From the NCBI GenBank assembly GCA_964016885.1, contig OZ024743.1:155558001-155622000 (forward strand): a stretch of DNA of 64,000 nt. The letters run 5' to 3'. The position numbers and the translations under genes were made by a program. Below are positions 1 through 12,849 of this stretch, piece after piece; position 1 is the first letter of the stretch; every line of letters begins with the position of its first letter. Below the pieces are notes generated by a model. That model saw nothing but the letters and a program-made list of their open reading frames with translations, was not told the DNA's origin and made no database searches. The stretch comes from Eledone cirrhosa (Eukaryota).

Positions 1-160
1 TATATATATATATATATATATATATGTAGAAATTATATTTAAATTGTTGTGATACAAGAAGCCAAATATTTTTATAACTGATATAAAGCACTCAACAAAT
101 TATTGGAGTAAAAATACGATATACTAACAAATGGAAACTATATTTAAAAAAACATATTTA

Positions 161-220
161 TTCATTATACATATTTCAAGGACACCAAGTCAAATTGTGG
201 TGCGCATTCATCAGATAAAA
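161..220 (-). ncRNA. Type I hammerhead ribozyme motif (family A pLTR)
   Basis: Minus strand reads TTTTAT-CTGATGA-stem II (GCACC...GGTGT)-GAAA-TATGTATA-ATGAA. Confidence 0.6.
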
Positions 221-829
221 TATAATATCGATCAGTTTTATAAATAAATATTGACTTACCCTTAAATAACTGTTTCTACTTCAGGCACAAGGCCAGCAAT
301 TACCCAGTGCATTACTGGTAATAATGCGACCATTTCTGTTGGAATCCCCCGGATAGTGGGGTCATTAAATTTATTTAGTCTATTATGCAGATTAGTGTCG
401 GATATGTTTAAATCACAGTAGATTTAAAATAGGCCGCTGGAGTGAGGAAAAAGAAAAAAAGGAAAAGAGAAAGAAAAAGAGAAAAAAAGAGCAATCTCTA
501 AGAAGAAAAGAAGAAAACAAAAGAAAGAGAAAAAGAAAGAGAAAGCCCTAAGTAATAGGTTCTTGTATTAACGTAAATTTTAAGATGAAGCGAAAAAATA
601 AATATTTATTGGATGAGTTAGGCAGTGTAAATAAGCGTGAATAGAAGATAAATGAATAATAATAACCGGAGAATGTTATCTAATGTTTAAATTTGATTAA
701 ATGTTTAGTTTATCAATTAAATTATCAATTAAATTATTGAGATCTATACATTAAAAAATGAGATCTATATATTAATAAAATCTATATATTATTAAAAAAT
801 CGATATATTATATACGACAAAATAAGGAA

Positions 830-2350
830 TTATCTTATTTAAAATTATGGAAAGGAACTAATGAAGTTATCGAATGGTTTAAGGAAATTAAATATAACTA
901 TAATAATAAGTTTATTCAATTGGATATAAATACTCCTAATCTACTTAATAAAGCACTAACATATGCATTTAAACATACAGATTTAACTAGTAATGAAATA
1001 CACATTATCTTAGCAGCACGGAAAACATTAATTGAATTTAATAACCAACTCTGGACTAGAGCAGATAGAAATAATAATTTCGATATCACTATGGAGTCAT
1101 CCGATTCCGCTCAGGTAACGGATATTGTGGGGCTTTTTATAAATAATTTTCTACATAGAAAAATACCGGAGATGACCGGAGGTTTATATCGCGACGATAT
1201 CCTATTACTTATCGAAAATAATAACTGTGAATTAAAGAAATTATACAATTTTTTAATTACCTTAATCTAAAAGTAGAATTAGAGAATAACCATAAAATAG
1301 TTAATTTTCTAGATGTTAAACCTTAACACATGTCTTCATTATCCATTTCACAAACTAAACTAGAACTTAAACTACGTTAATTTTAACTCTAATCACCCCA
1401 GATCCGTTAAAAATTCTATAGTGAATTCTGTACAGCAACGTATTTCTAGAATTTCAGCTAATAGGAATATATTTGATGATAAAGCACATTATTACAACGA
1501 AGCGTTAGATAGAGCTGGATATAGAAAATAAAATTAAATGCATTGATAAGAATAATAATATAACAACTAACCATAATCTTAACAATTTTAACAACTATAC
1601 TAGAAAACCTTACAATGATTCGGAAAACAAAAAAAGAAATAGAACTAGGAATATAATATGGTTCGCTCCTCCTTTCTCATTAAATAATAAAACTCCTATT
1701 GCTAAACTATTCTTTAAAGCTCTTGACAAATGCTTCCCCAGAACACATAGATATTTCTCAATATTTAATAGATATACTATAAAATTAACTTATTCAAGCA
1801 CCAATAATTTAGCGCAGAATATTAATAGAATTAATAATAGAAACATAAAACCTAACCAAAATACCACTAACAACCCCAGCAATATCAAATTTAATAATAC
1901 AGCTCCTAGTAACTTGAATTTTGATAAATGTGACTGTAGAAATAAATCTAACTGTCCATTAAATAACAATTGTTTAGCTAAAAATATAATATATAATTGT
2001 AATGTAAAAACTAATTTAAATTCATTTAATTATGTAGGATCTACTTCCACAGATTTAAATCTCGTTTTAATACCCATAAATGCTCTTTTACGAATTTAAA
2101 CAAAACATCTTCAACTTCTCTATCTAGCTTATTATGGGTCCTTAAATCAAAGAACATTACATATTCTTTACTTTGGAATATTATTTCAAAAGCTCCTCCA
2201 TTTTAACTCCTCTTCCAAAAAATTGTGATCTTTTTATAGAGGAAATATTCTTTATATTAAAAAGCAAACATTCCGTGAACGTAAGAAACAATCTTTTCAG
2301 TTGCTGCAAACAGATTGATTTCAACGTTTAAATATAAATTTAAAATGTAA
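830..2350 (+). pseudogene. PLE reverse transcriptase + GIY-YIG endonuclease, disrupted
   Basis: ORFs 920-1270 and 1914-2099 plus intervening frames; collinear with 37077-38620 on the minus strand. Confidence 0.85.
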
Positions 2351-3297
2351 TATATAACTCATTCTATTAAATCTATTGAACCTATCGATAAATCATTAGA
2401 TTCCTTCATATGACTGCTTAAAACTCTCCTTAAAAATGTTTTCCTTGAAAATTGTTCTAGATAAACATACTGAAAGCTTTTAAATGAAAGAGATTTTTGA
2501 AAATATTTTTTTTTGAAATTTTCTCCTATTTTAGGAAAATGTCTCTTTTTTTGAAAATTTCTCTTTCTTTGAAAATTTCTCGTATGGTTATAACAAATTA
2601 AGTTAAGCATACTGAGAGTTAAATATTATATAAACACAATTAACATTCCTTTTTATACTGAATTATTTATATATATTCCTGTATATTTTAAAAAATTATA
2701 TCTTAAAATATTTTTTTAAATTATATTGTTTTAAAGTTATATTGCTTAAAATTATATAAATATATTTCCTTTTAAAATTATAACTCATTTTTTATTTTAT
2801 ATTATGTACTTTATATTTATCTCTCTCTATATATAAGATGTATGTCTACCTATATGTGTATATATATGTGTATGTATCAATATATGGGTTGTGTATCTCT
2901 GTGTATATATATGTATGGGTACATGTGTCTACGTCTCTCTATATGTATATATACAATTCGAATACATTATAAAAGCTTTCTTACGGTGTATGCTAAACAA
3001 ACTTATATTATAACAGTCACAACTATATAACAGGTGGATTTATGAGATATATAAAATTTATAAAATTTATAAAATTATAACTTACTATTAAATAATATAA
3101 GGTTTTTTTATAATCATAACTTTCTTTTATCATCTTAAGAGTTATAACATTTAATATAAGTAAATAACTTAATTTCCTTCACGCTGTATTGCTATTACAT
3201 AGAAACGATTTTTCACCGATTTCTCCGAAAAATCTATGAGTTTCCATAAGTTTAGAAACATTCCTATATCTTAAACATAAAAAAAAATCCTTTATTG

Positions 3298-3387
<90 letters not shown>

Positions 3388-3820
3388 GGTATGAATATAT
3401 TCGTTTTAATATATATATATGTATAATGAAATAAATATGGTTTTATAAATATAGTTTCCATTTTTTAATATATCGTATACATATATATATATATATGTCT
3501 GTCTGTGTGTGTGTGTGAGCTTGTGTGTGTGTCTTAGTCTGTGTGTCTTTGTGTGTGTGTATGTGTATGTAGACATATTTGTAGACAAGCATACACACCT
3601 ATTTAAAAAATATTACGATGAGGTGAAAGAACGGAAATTTTAGTGACAAAGTGTGTGAGATGTTAAAAAGAATTAGAAAAAATAAATGAGGTTCAAGAAA
3701 TTAGGGAGGATGACCTCACAAATTTGGAATGCCTAACAATTTTTTCAGAAATGGTAACACCATTTGAAGATAAACGAGCGCTTGCACTCTCATTCATATA
3801 TATATATATATATATATATA

Positions 3821-4574
3821 AGTTATTCCGGGTTCAATCGGGGGTAATCACAGTAAGTAAGGTACTCAATACATAGCAGAGTATAAATGTTTTAATATAG
3901 AAAAGCTTCTACAGGACTAACACTCTTTCCTTCGTGAGAAATCACCAGAAGGCTGACTGTGCAAGTAAATGTGCTATTTATATATTTTCCAGAGAAAGGA
4001 GAGGGTGGGGATTGGGATGGGTGGAGGTTATTGGTTGATGTATTTAAAGAAAAGGGAGTTCATTAAAAGTTAATTCTTTAAAGCTATAATTTATATTAAG
4101 AATGACAAAGGGAGAAGGAATACTGTAAACAAGTTCAAATTGGAATACCAATCCTTGTTTATCTCTTAAACTAACAATACCTGTAAATCAGGTGTCTATA
4201 GAATGGGTGGGGCTCATTGGTTTAAAAAAATGGGAATTATTTAGGAGCTAATTCTTTACCGATGAAATTAGGGTGACAAAGGCAGAAAGAAATCTATAAA
4301 CAGGTTCAGGATTGGGGCGCTACCCTTTATTGTTAAGTGTTTCTTAATTTATATTCTAGGTGTCAACAATCACGTTCACACCTGTATACAAATTATAGCT
4401 TTTAATGAATTCCCTATTCTTTAAATCAATCATCCAATGACTTCCACCCATCCCAATCCCCACTCTCTCCTACGACCACAAAATATATAAATACCACCAC
4501 ATTTTTTTGGACAGTCAGCTTCCTGATGATTTCTCACGAATGAAACAGTCCTAATCCTATAGAAGCTTTTTTAT

Positions 4575-4575
<1 letters not shown>
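3821..4575. mobile_element. Non-coding inverted-pLTR mini-element with an HHR motif in each arm
   Basis: About 3890-4100 is the diverged reverse complement of about 4385-4575. HHR cores at 3905-3953 (-) and 4518-4566 (+). (TA)n on both sides. Confidence 0.7.
4518..4566 (+). ncRNA. Type I hammerhead ribozyme motif (partly degenerate)
   Basis: GCTTC-CTGATGA-TTTC TCAC GAAT-GAAACAG...CTATA-GAAGC. The consensus with the left-arm copy restores stem III ACAG/CTGT and a GUA site. Confidence 0.55.
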
Positions 4576-4755
<180 letters not shown>

Positions 4756-4854
4756 AGGATCAATCGACTTTCGTCAAATCGGACCGAGGAAACAATGTTT
4801 TCGTCGGTCTTTCCAGTTGCTAGTACTATCTATTGGTCGCAACTCCAGGTATAT

Positions 4855-4898
<44 letters not shown>

Positions 4899-5699
4899 GT
4901 AGTTTCTGAAGACAGCATATATATGTGTAGGTATGTATATTCCCTCTGATAGTTTATATAAATATTGTACATAGATCTATAGAATATGCATACCAACTCT
5001 AACACATATATATCCTAGAAACGATCGTAAAATGATGAATTTTTTTAATATAAAGAACTGTTTCTTTGTTTATTCATTATTTTATTAATTTATATATATA
5101 TATATATATTTATGTTTGTCTGTGTGTGTCAATGTGTATAAATATGTGTAATTACGTATAAGTGAATTTGCGCATGTTCATGGGAGCGTATATGTGTATA
5201 TGTAGATATATATATATAAACATATTTATATATATATAAATGTAATCAGAATTTTTCGAATATTAATAATAATATTCTATTCGTTTGCAATTAGGCAAAC
5301 AACCTCAATTTTATAGCCATGTCAGTAGAATGAACTCTTTATTCTTGCCTTCGTGTTGGCATGTGAACAGTACTGCAGATACTAACGTTTCTGGGTATCA
5401 CACTTCATCAGTACAGCTCACATTCACCTGCTAATTGAAGCTAGTGAAAATATATGCTATGTTCTATCATATACAGTGACTGATCAGCCTGATTTGCATA
5501 ATAGCAGACTGGCTGTTCAGTCATATCTGCATATTAACAGATCCACTGATCAGCCAGATTTGCATATCATCAGACTGGCCAGTCAGTTTCCTGTACGCGA
5601 GCGATATGTGGTCGGCTTTACCAAATTCAAATAAAGAAAGAAAATGTTTCGCTCTACATGGCTGAATACAATATGTGTAATCTGAGTTTTTCGAATATT

Positions 5700-5890
5700 A
5701 ATAATTGTTTCTACTTTAGGCACAATGTCAGCAATTATCCAGTACATTACTGGCACTTTAGTTTATCGACCCCATAAGGATGAAAGGCAAAGTTAACCTC
5801 GGCGGGATTTGAACTCAGACTGTAAAGGGACGTAACTATGCTAGAAAGCATGGAATCCAACCCTCTACCGATACTGCCAATTCACCGCAT
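5700..5890 (-). mobile_element. tRNA-derived SINE (Meta-domain-like core)
   Basis: Minus strand has A box TGGCAGTATCGG, B box AGTTCAAATCC, core GTTAACTTTGCCTTTCATCCTTA.GGGGTCGATAAA and tail GTGCCTAAAGTAGAAACAATTATTA. Confidence 0.85.
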
Positions 5891-6082
5891 AATAATAATT
5901 GTTTCTACTTTAGGCACAAGGCCAGCTATTACACAGTGCATTACTGGTTCTTTATTTTATCGATTCCGTAAGGATGAAAGGCAAAGTTAACCTCGGAGGG
6001 TTTGAACTCAGATCGTAAAGAGATGTAACAATGCTGGAAAGGATGGCGTCCGACCCTCTAACGATACTGCCAATCCACCGCA
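5891..6082 (-). mobile_element. tRNA-derived SINE, second tandem copy
   Basis: Same head, core and tail as 5700-5890. Confidence 0.85.
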
Positions 6083-6215
6083 TAATAATAATAACTTTCG
6101 ATTCGTTTGCAATTATACGAACAAGCGTAATTTTTATAGCCATGGCAGTAGAATTAACTCTTCATTCTTGCTCTTATGTTGGCATGTAAACAGAACTGAG
6201 CCACTAATTTTCCTT

Positions 6216-6254
<39 letters not shown>

Positions 6255-6778
6255 TTGTGTGTCAGTGTGTGTATGTATATATATATATATATATGTGTAG
6301 TGTACATATGTCTTTATGTATAGGTAAATGTTGACCCCTTAGATTTTTTGGGGTCTTTATTCTATCTCATTACATTCTCATTACATTTTATTGTTTTATC
6401 TTTTATCTTTTGATTGTTTAATTATCTGTTATTACTCATTTTCCACTTTCTCTATCCCCCCCCCCCAAAAAAAAAGAACCTTTTCCACCCTTATCCTTAG
6501 TCCAGTGGCTTTTTATTCAGAGCGGATGACAGTAAAAATATTTTTACTGCAGGATTCAATTAATCTACGTCGTACTTTGAAATATTTTTGAAATCTTTCT
6601 GAAGAAATGCAATATGTAATGTATTGGTAGTGGATAGGCATAATAATAATATTATCATGCAACCTGCATTATGTAGACTTATATTGCATTGAATCATGTG
6701 TTTAAGAATGAACTTTTGATAAAATTCTTCAGTATTTCTATACTTTAGGTCTCATGTTTGATTTAGCTATACATTTAA

Positions 6779-6816
<38 letters not shown>

Positions 6817-7334
6817 ATATTTGGGGAGGGTCATATTTGCGTAATATTGCCAGAATTAATAACAGAACACACTCACTGTTTGGTTGGTTTTCGCTTCTCG
6901 CTGTCTCTTCTGCGATCTAACTTACTCGGTCCTCAATGTTGCCATTGACTGACCGGCGGTCAAAAATAATACAGATACAATATAGAGACAAACACATATA
7001 TATAGTTTACATAATTTACATAAATCTTTCGTTGCACATCTGCAACATCGTCAGTGGTGTTATATTCATTGTTCCTCCTGTTGTGTTGTATGTCTACGCG
7101 ATTTTTTTGTTGTTCAGTCTGTCTATATATTTATTTATTTATTTGCTTGTTTGTTTATCTTATTTTATTTTGTCTTCTTTGCGCATGCGTTTGCGTGTGT
7201 GTATAGTGTTATGTGTGATGTGTGACTAGTGTGTATAGTGTTGTGTCTGCTGGGTGACTAGTGTGTGTTTATGTGCTTGTTGTTATTGTGCTTGTGTATG
7301 TATTTATTTATCTTATTTTATTTAATTTTATTTA

Positions 7335-10300
7335 CTTATTTTACTTCTCTTAGGTCAGTGTTGTTTTTTGGGGTGTTGTTGTTGTTCCACTCATTCTTTC
7401 TGTTTAGCTTTGGTCTTCTAATTTCTATTTCACTGGCCTCTCTGATTTGCTTATCTGCTGGGTAATTTCTATGTTTAGATATTATTCTAATTTCTATGTT
7501 GTCTATGTTACCGTCATGTTTTTGTCTAGCATGTTCGTATAGTACTGACCCGTTTTTTCGTCCTTTTAGTTCCCCCCAGTGTTGGTCTATCCTTTCACCT
7601 ATGCTACGAGCTGTCTATGTATGTTGTTGTCATGTTTCTGCAAGTACCCTCTGTACATCGTATGCTATAGACTACGTTTATAGTTTTACAGTTTATCCGG
7701 GGGTTCACCTTACATATGATACATTTCCTATTGGTACAGTGGGTTTTCTTAAAAGGATAGGTTTTGCTGATAAGGGATTTGATGGTGGTTCCTGGCTTTT
7801 CTACCACCTCTATGTTTAAGTGGGTCTTTCTCAGGGCCTTTCTACACTGGTTAGCTAATTTCCCTCCAGGGGTGGCGTCCACAAACATGACACTCTGATA
7901 TCTCTGGTTGTCGTACCATGATGTGGCCTTCCCTATCTTATGTCTAGCCCTATCTAAGCTATTCCATGATTTGCTCCTGTATAGTGGGCAAATGCCTTTC
8001 ATGTCCAGTTCTATGAGGGTCTTATACCTTTCCACGGCTCCTTCGTATACTCTGACTCTGTCTCTTTGGTTGTACCCAGAGAACTGCATGCGGTTGATGA
8101 AGTGTTGGATGTGTCCTTCCATTTCTGTTGGGACGCACATGCTGGACACATTCTTCATCACCCGTACCAAATCTGCGATCAGAATATTAAACTTAGCACT
8201 ACTGGACATTGCTGAGTTTTTGAGTATCAGGTATTTGGAGGCCATGGGTTTAGCATAGTGTGAGTGGAGAATTTGGGCTCTCTCGTCTATAGTGTTAATC
8301 CAGAGTTCTGTGTCTAATACAGGTAGTCTATTGTTAGGGTATTTGGAAGGGAAGTCTATAGTTACAGTTATACTCTGGTGTATGGAATTAGCTATCTGCT
8401 GGATGCTTTCCATCGTGCTACGTTCTAAATCAAACTTGTTAGTGCGCTCTAGTGGGGGTGTTCTTATAACTATATTGATATCGTCTACATAACGAGAGTA
8501 CATGATGAGGTCTATGGAGCTTTCATTAAGGAGATCTTTAAGTCTCCTTTCCCACCATACCATGAAAAGGTTGGCAACATCACCAGCTATGCTGACGCCG
8601 ATGGCTGCTCCCTCATTTTGGGTGTAGATTTTCTCATTGAACTTAAATATGTGGCCCTTTAGGGTAGTTTTGATACTAGCCCCTATTGCATGTGCGACCA
8701 TTTTTCTTACCTGATCAGTGTTTTGGGGGGTCCGTATAGGTTTGGTCCACCCAATCCACCTTCCTATGGGAGTCTTTTTAGCCATTGAGGTTATGGTGGG
8801 GGGGGGGGGGGTCTACCTCTTATAGGTCTACTAGGGCAGAAACATCTAAGGTCATGGCTGTCTAGGTAGTCAGTGTTGTAGGTAAGTCTAAGTAGGAGGC
8901 CCAGTTCGTCTGTGTCGACGTCGCAGAACTCCACCTCACTCTCAATGATCATCTCCACACATATTTTCACAGCAAAATCAATGTTAATGGATGGGTACAG
9001 TGACACCACATCCATGCTGCCTATTATGCAGTTGGATAGGCTCCTGTTTTTGTTGCACTCACTGATTCTGCTGAGGAGGTCCTCTGTACTTTCACATACA
9101 TCTGGGGACATCTTGATTATGGGGCGTATAACCATTGAGAGGAAGTAGGAGATCCTGTAGTTGCTAGCTATATTAGCTCCGCATACGGGTCTTGTTGGTG
9201 GTCCTGTTGTCGGGTTGTCGACTGCCTTGTGGTCTTTGCGGAGCCCATACAAGGGTGGTATGCCATTGTTAGACGCCTGGAAGTTGTTGGCAGTGCGTCT
9301 GCTTGGCTTTAGGATGTCAGTCCACATCATCATGTGAGCGTTGAGGATTTTTTCTCTCCCATCGTGTGTTAGTTGTGCAACTTCGCTCGTGTTGGTGATG
9401 TGGGGTTGCATTGCCTCGATGTTGTTCGGCATGCTATCTATTGACATCCTACCAGACTTATCTGTGGGTAGACACACTACCTCGCCATCCCTTGTGCGCT
9501 GCTTGAGGCTAACCAAGCCTTCTACAGGTTTTATCCCAAGTTGTTGGGCCTCTGGTCTGCTCTGTCTCATAGTGTACCTGTCTACTACTTGTCTAATCTT
9601 ATTTTTAGCTATGGTGAACTGTGCCTCCGTCTCGTCATCTATTTGCTGTGGTATGCAAACTCTTTTATTAAAGGGTAACCTCGTAGGATAGATATTACCC
9701 ATCTTATATGTTTTGTCATCTGGGTTGAAAAATAGTTTCTCTAAGGGGTTGTCGTTATTTCTATCGTCATAGTTGTGTGTGTTGCTATTATTGTTATCAT
9801 GGTGGTTGTTGTTGTTTCTATCATTAGCATTATTATTATTATTGTTATGATTGCTAGATGTATTGCTGTTTACTTCACCGTTATTGTTGTTGTTGTTACT
9901 GCTATTTCTACCATTGTGGTTGTTACTATTATTATGTTTCTTGTTTTTGTTGATGTTGCTACATGTACTATTTCCATTATTACCATGTGGTTGTTGTTGT
10001 TGTTGTTCGTATTGTTACCGTTATTACTACTGTGGTCACTGTTGCTGTGTCTGTGGTTAATGTTTCTATTATTATTATTATTGTGGTTGTTGTTGTTCTG
10101 TCTATCGCTAGTATTATTACCATTATCACTATTTCTCACTTTCCTGCCATTGTTATGGTTATGTCTGTTATGTCTATACCCAGAGTTATTGTTTATATTA
10201 CTACTACCGTTATTATTGTTGTTGTTGTTTACCTTTGCATTCCAACGTATTTTTGTGAAACACTTTTCCAGCTCCGTTTTGCATTCCATAGGGTTAATCT

Positions 10301-10381
10301 TTTTGTAGATGGCAAATTTTGGTGGTAACCTTAGGATTTGTTGTTCTTGTTCAGTGATTAAAGTGTTCCCATAGATATTTA
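7335..10381 (-). pseudogene. PLE ORF (N-terminal domain, RT, GIY-YIG), frameshifted
   Basis: ORFs 9870-10403 (ITEQEQQILRLPPKFA), 8791-9702 (LYGLRKDHK, PTRPVCGA, SMDVVSLYPSI) and 7604-8785 (QNEGAAIG, YSRYVDD). A 5-bp deletion near 7612 breaks the YIG motif. Confidence 0.9.
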
Positions 10382-10808
10382 CCGACAACAGGATCACTAA
10401 CAAGACCCGTATGCGGAGCTAATATAGCTAGCAACTACAGGATCTCCTACTTCCTCTCAATGGTTATACGCCCCATAATCAAGATGTCCCCAGATGTATG
10501 TGAAAGTACAGAGGACCTCCTCAGCAGAATCAGTGAGTGCAACAAAAACAGGAGCCTATCCAACTGCATAATAGGCAGCATGGATGTGGTGTCACTGTAC
10601 CCATCCATTAACATTGATTTTGCTGTGAAAATATGTGTGGAGATGATCATTGAGAGTGAGGTGGAGTTCTGCGACGTCGACACAGACGAACTGGGCCTCC
10701 TACTTAGACTTACCTACAACACTGACTACCTAGACAGCCATGACCTTAGATGTTTCTGCCCTAGTAGACCTATAAGAGGTAGACCCCCCCCACCCCACCA
10801 TAACCTCA

Positions 10809-12260
10809 ATGGCTAAAAAGACTCCCATAGGAAGGTGGATTGGGTGGACCAAACCTATACGGACCCCCCAAAACACTGATCAGGTAAGAAAAATGGTCGC
10901 ACATGCAATAGGGGCTAGTATCAAAACTACCCTAAAGGGCCACATATTTAAGTTCAATGAGAAAATCTACACCCAAAATGAGGGAGCAGCCATCGGCGTC
11001 AGCATAGCTGGTGATGTTGCCAACCTTTTCATGGTATGGTGGGAAAGGAGACTTAAAGATCTCCTTAATGAAAGCTCCATAGACCTCATCATGTACTCTC
11101 GTTATATAGACGATATCAATATAGTTATAAGAACACCCCCACTAGAGAGCACTAACAAGTTTGATTTAGAACGTAGCACGATGGAAAGCATCCAGCAGAT
11201 AGCTAATTCCATACACCAGAGTATAACTGTAAATATAGACTTCCCTTCCAAACACCCTAACAATAGACTACCTGTATTAGACACAGAACTCTGGATTAAC
11301 ACTATAGACGAGAGAGCCCAAATTCTCCACTCACACTATGCTAAACCCATGGCCTCCAAATACCTGATACTCAAAAACTCAGCAATGTCCAGTAGTGCTA
11401 AGTTTAATATTCTGATCGCAGATTTGGTACGGGTGATGAAGAATGTGTCCAGCATGTGCGACCCAACAGAAATGGAAGGACACATCCAACACTTCATCAA
11501 CCGCATGCAGTTCTCTGGGTACAACCAAAGAGACAGAGTCAGAGTATACGAAGGAGCCATGGAAAAGTATAAGACCCTCATAGAACTGGACATGAAAGGA
11601 ATTTGCCCACTATACAGGAGCAAATCATGGAATAGCTTAGATAGGGCTAGACATAAGATAGAGAAGGCCACATCATGGTACGACAACCAGAGATATCAGA
11701 GTGTCATGTTTGTGGTCGCCACCCCTGGAGGGAAATTAGCTAACCAGTGTAGAAAGGCCCTGAGAAAGACCCACTTAAAAATAAAGGTGGTAGAAAAGCC
11801 AGGAACCACCATCAAATCCCTGATCAGCAAAACCTACCCTTTTAAGAAAACCCACTGTACCAATAGGAAATGTATCATATGTAAGGTGAACCCCCGGATA
11901 AACTGTAAAACTAGAAACGTAGTCTATAGCATAAGATGTACAGAGGGTACTTGCAGAAACATGACAACAACATACATAGGTGAGACAGCTCGTAGCATAG
12001 GTGAAAGGATAGACCAACACTGGGGGGACCTAAAAGGACGAAAAAACGGGTCAGTACTATACGAACATGCTAGACAGCAACATGACGGTAACATAGACAA
12101 CATAGAAATTAGAATAATATCTAAACATAGGAATGACCCAGCAGATAGGCAAATCAGAGAGGCCAGTGAAATAGAAATTAGAAGACCAAAGCTAAACAGA
12201 AAGAATGAGTGGAACAACAACAACACCCAAACAAACAACACTGACCTAAGAGAAGTATAA
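10809..12260 (+). CDS. Open C-terminal part of PLE RT + GIY-YIG endonuclease (5'-truncated arm)
   Basis: 483-aa ORF with YSRYIDD, HYAKPMAS, CTNRKCIIC...C linker, VVY...YIGETARSIGER..QH and IREASEI..RPKLN. The upstream part (10382-10800) is separated by a frameshift in a poly-C tract. Confidence 0.85.
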   Translation: MAKKTPIGRWIGWTKPIRTPQNTDQVRKMVAHAIGASIKTTLKGHIFKFNEKIYTQNEGAAIGVSIAGDVANLFMVWWERRLKDLLNESSIDLIMYSRYIDDINIVIRTPPLESTNKFDLERSTMESIQQIANSIHQSITVNIDFPSKHPNNRLPVLDTELWINTIDERAQILHSHYAKPMASKYLILKNSAMSSSAKFNILIADLVRVMKNVSSMCDPTEMEGHIQHFINRMQFSGYNQRDRVRVYEGAMEKYKTLIELDMKGICPLYRSKSWNSLDRARHKIEKATSWYDNQRYQSVMFVVATPGGKLANQCRKALRKTHLKIKVVEKPGTTIKSLISKTYPFKKTHCTNRKCIICKVNPRINCKTRNVVYSIRCTEGTCRNMTTTYIGETARSIGERIDQHWGDLKGRKNGSVLYEHARQQHDGNIDNIEIRIISKHRNDPADRQIREASEIEIRRPKLNRKNEWNNNNTQTNNTDLREV

Positions 12261-12540
12261 ATAAGTAAATAAAATAAAATAAAATAAGATAAATAAATAC
12301 ATACACAAGCACAATAACAACAAGCACATAAACACACACTAGTCACCCAGCAGACACAACACTATACACACTAGTCACACATCACACATAACACTATACA
12401 CACACGCAAACGCATGCGCAAAGAAGACAAAATAAAATAAGATAAACAAACAAGCTAATAAATAAATAAATATATAGACAGACTGAACAACAAAAAAATC
12501 GCGTAGACATACAACACAACAGGAGGAACAATGAATATAA

Positions 12541-12575
12541 CACCACTGACGATGTTGCAGATGTGCAACGAAAGA
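12541..12575 (+). ncRNA. Hammerhead-like core in family B pLTR (stems I/III not resolved)
   Basis: CTGACGA-T-GTTGCA GATG TGCAAC-GAAA; identical at 7027-7054, 20692-20719 and 28951-28978 (all -). Confidence 0.5.
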
Positions 12576-12849
12576 TTTATGTAAATTATGTAAACTATAT
12601 ATATGTGTTTGTGTTTATATTGTATTTGTATTATTTTTGACCGCCGGTCAGTCAATGGCAACATTGAGGATCGAGTAAGTTAGATCGCAGATATAAAAGA
12701 CAGCGAGAAGCGAAAACCAACCATACAGTGAGTGTGTTATGTTATTAATTCTGGCAATATTACGCAAATATGACCCTCCCCAAATATAACAATATCTGTT
12801 TCGACACACGATTTCATATAAAAAACCTCGCAAAACTAATTCATCGCCG

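Larger units (their letters stand above)
27..3470 (+). mobile_element. Decayed Penelope-like element, family A (Hydra-clade-like), with an inverted pLTR at the left end
   Basis: Frameshifted RT-EN on + (about 830-2350): FDITMESSDSAQVTDIVGLF, GGLYRDD, WFAPPFSLN, CDCRNKSNCPLNNNC-IIY-YVGST. Bases 27-260 are the reverse-oriented pLTR also seen at 35221-35460 and 39350-39560; a sense pLTR end lies at about 3420-3470. Flanked by (TA)n. Confidence 0.85.

Noticed and set aside
5800-5890. tRNA gene
   Set aside because: A/B boxes are followed by a SINE core and tail, and no cloverleaf is evident.
9775-10328. Hydrophobic Leu/Val-rich membrane-like ORFs
   Set aside because: Antisense of the Asn-rich tract.
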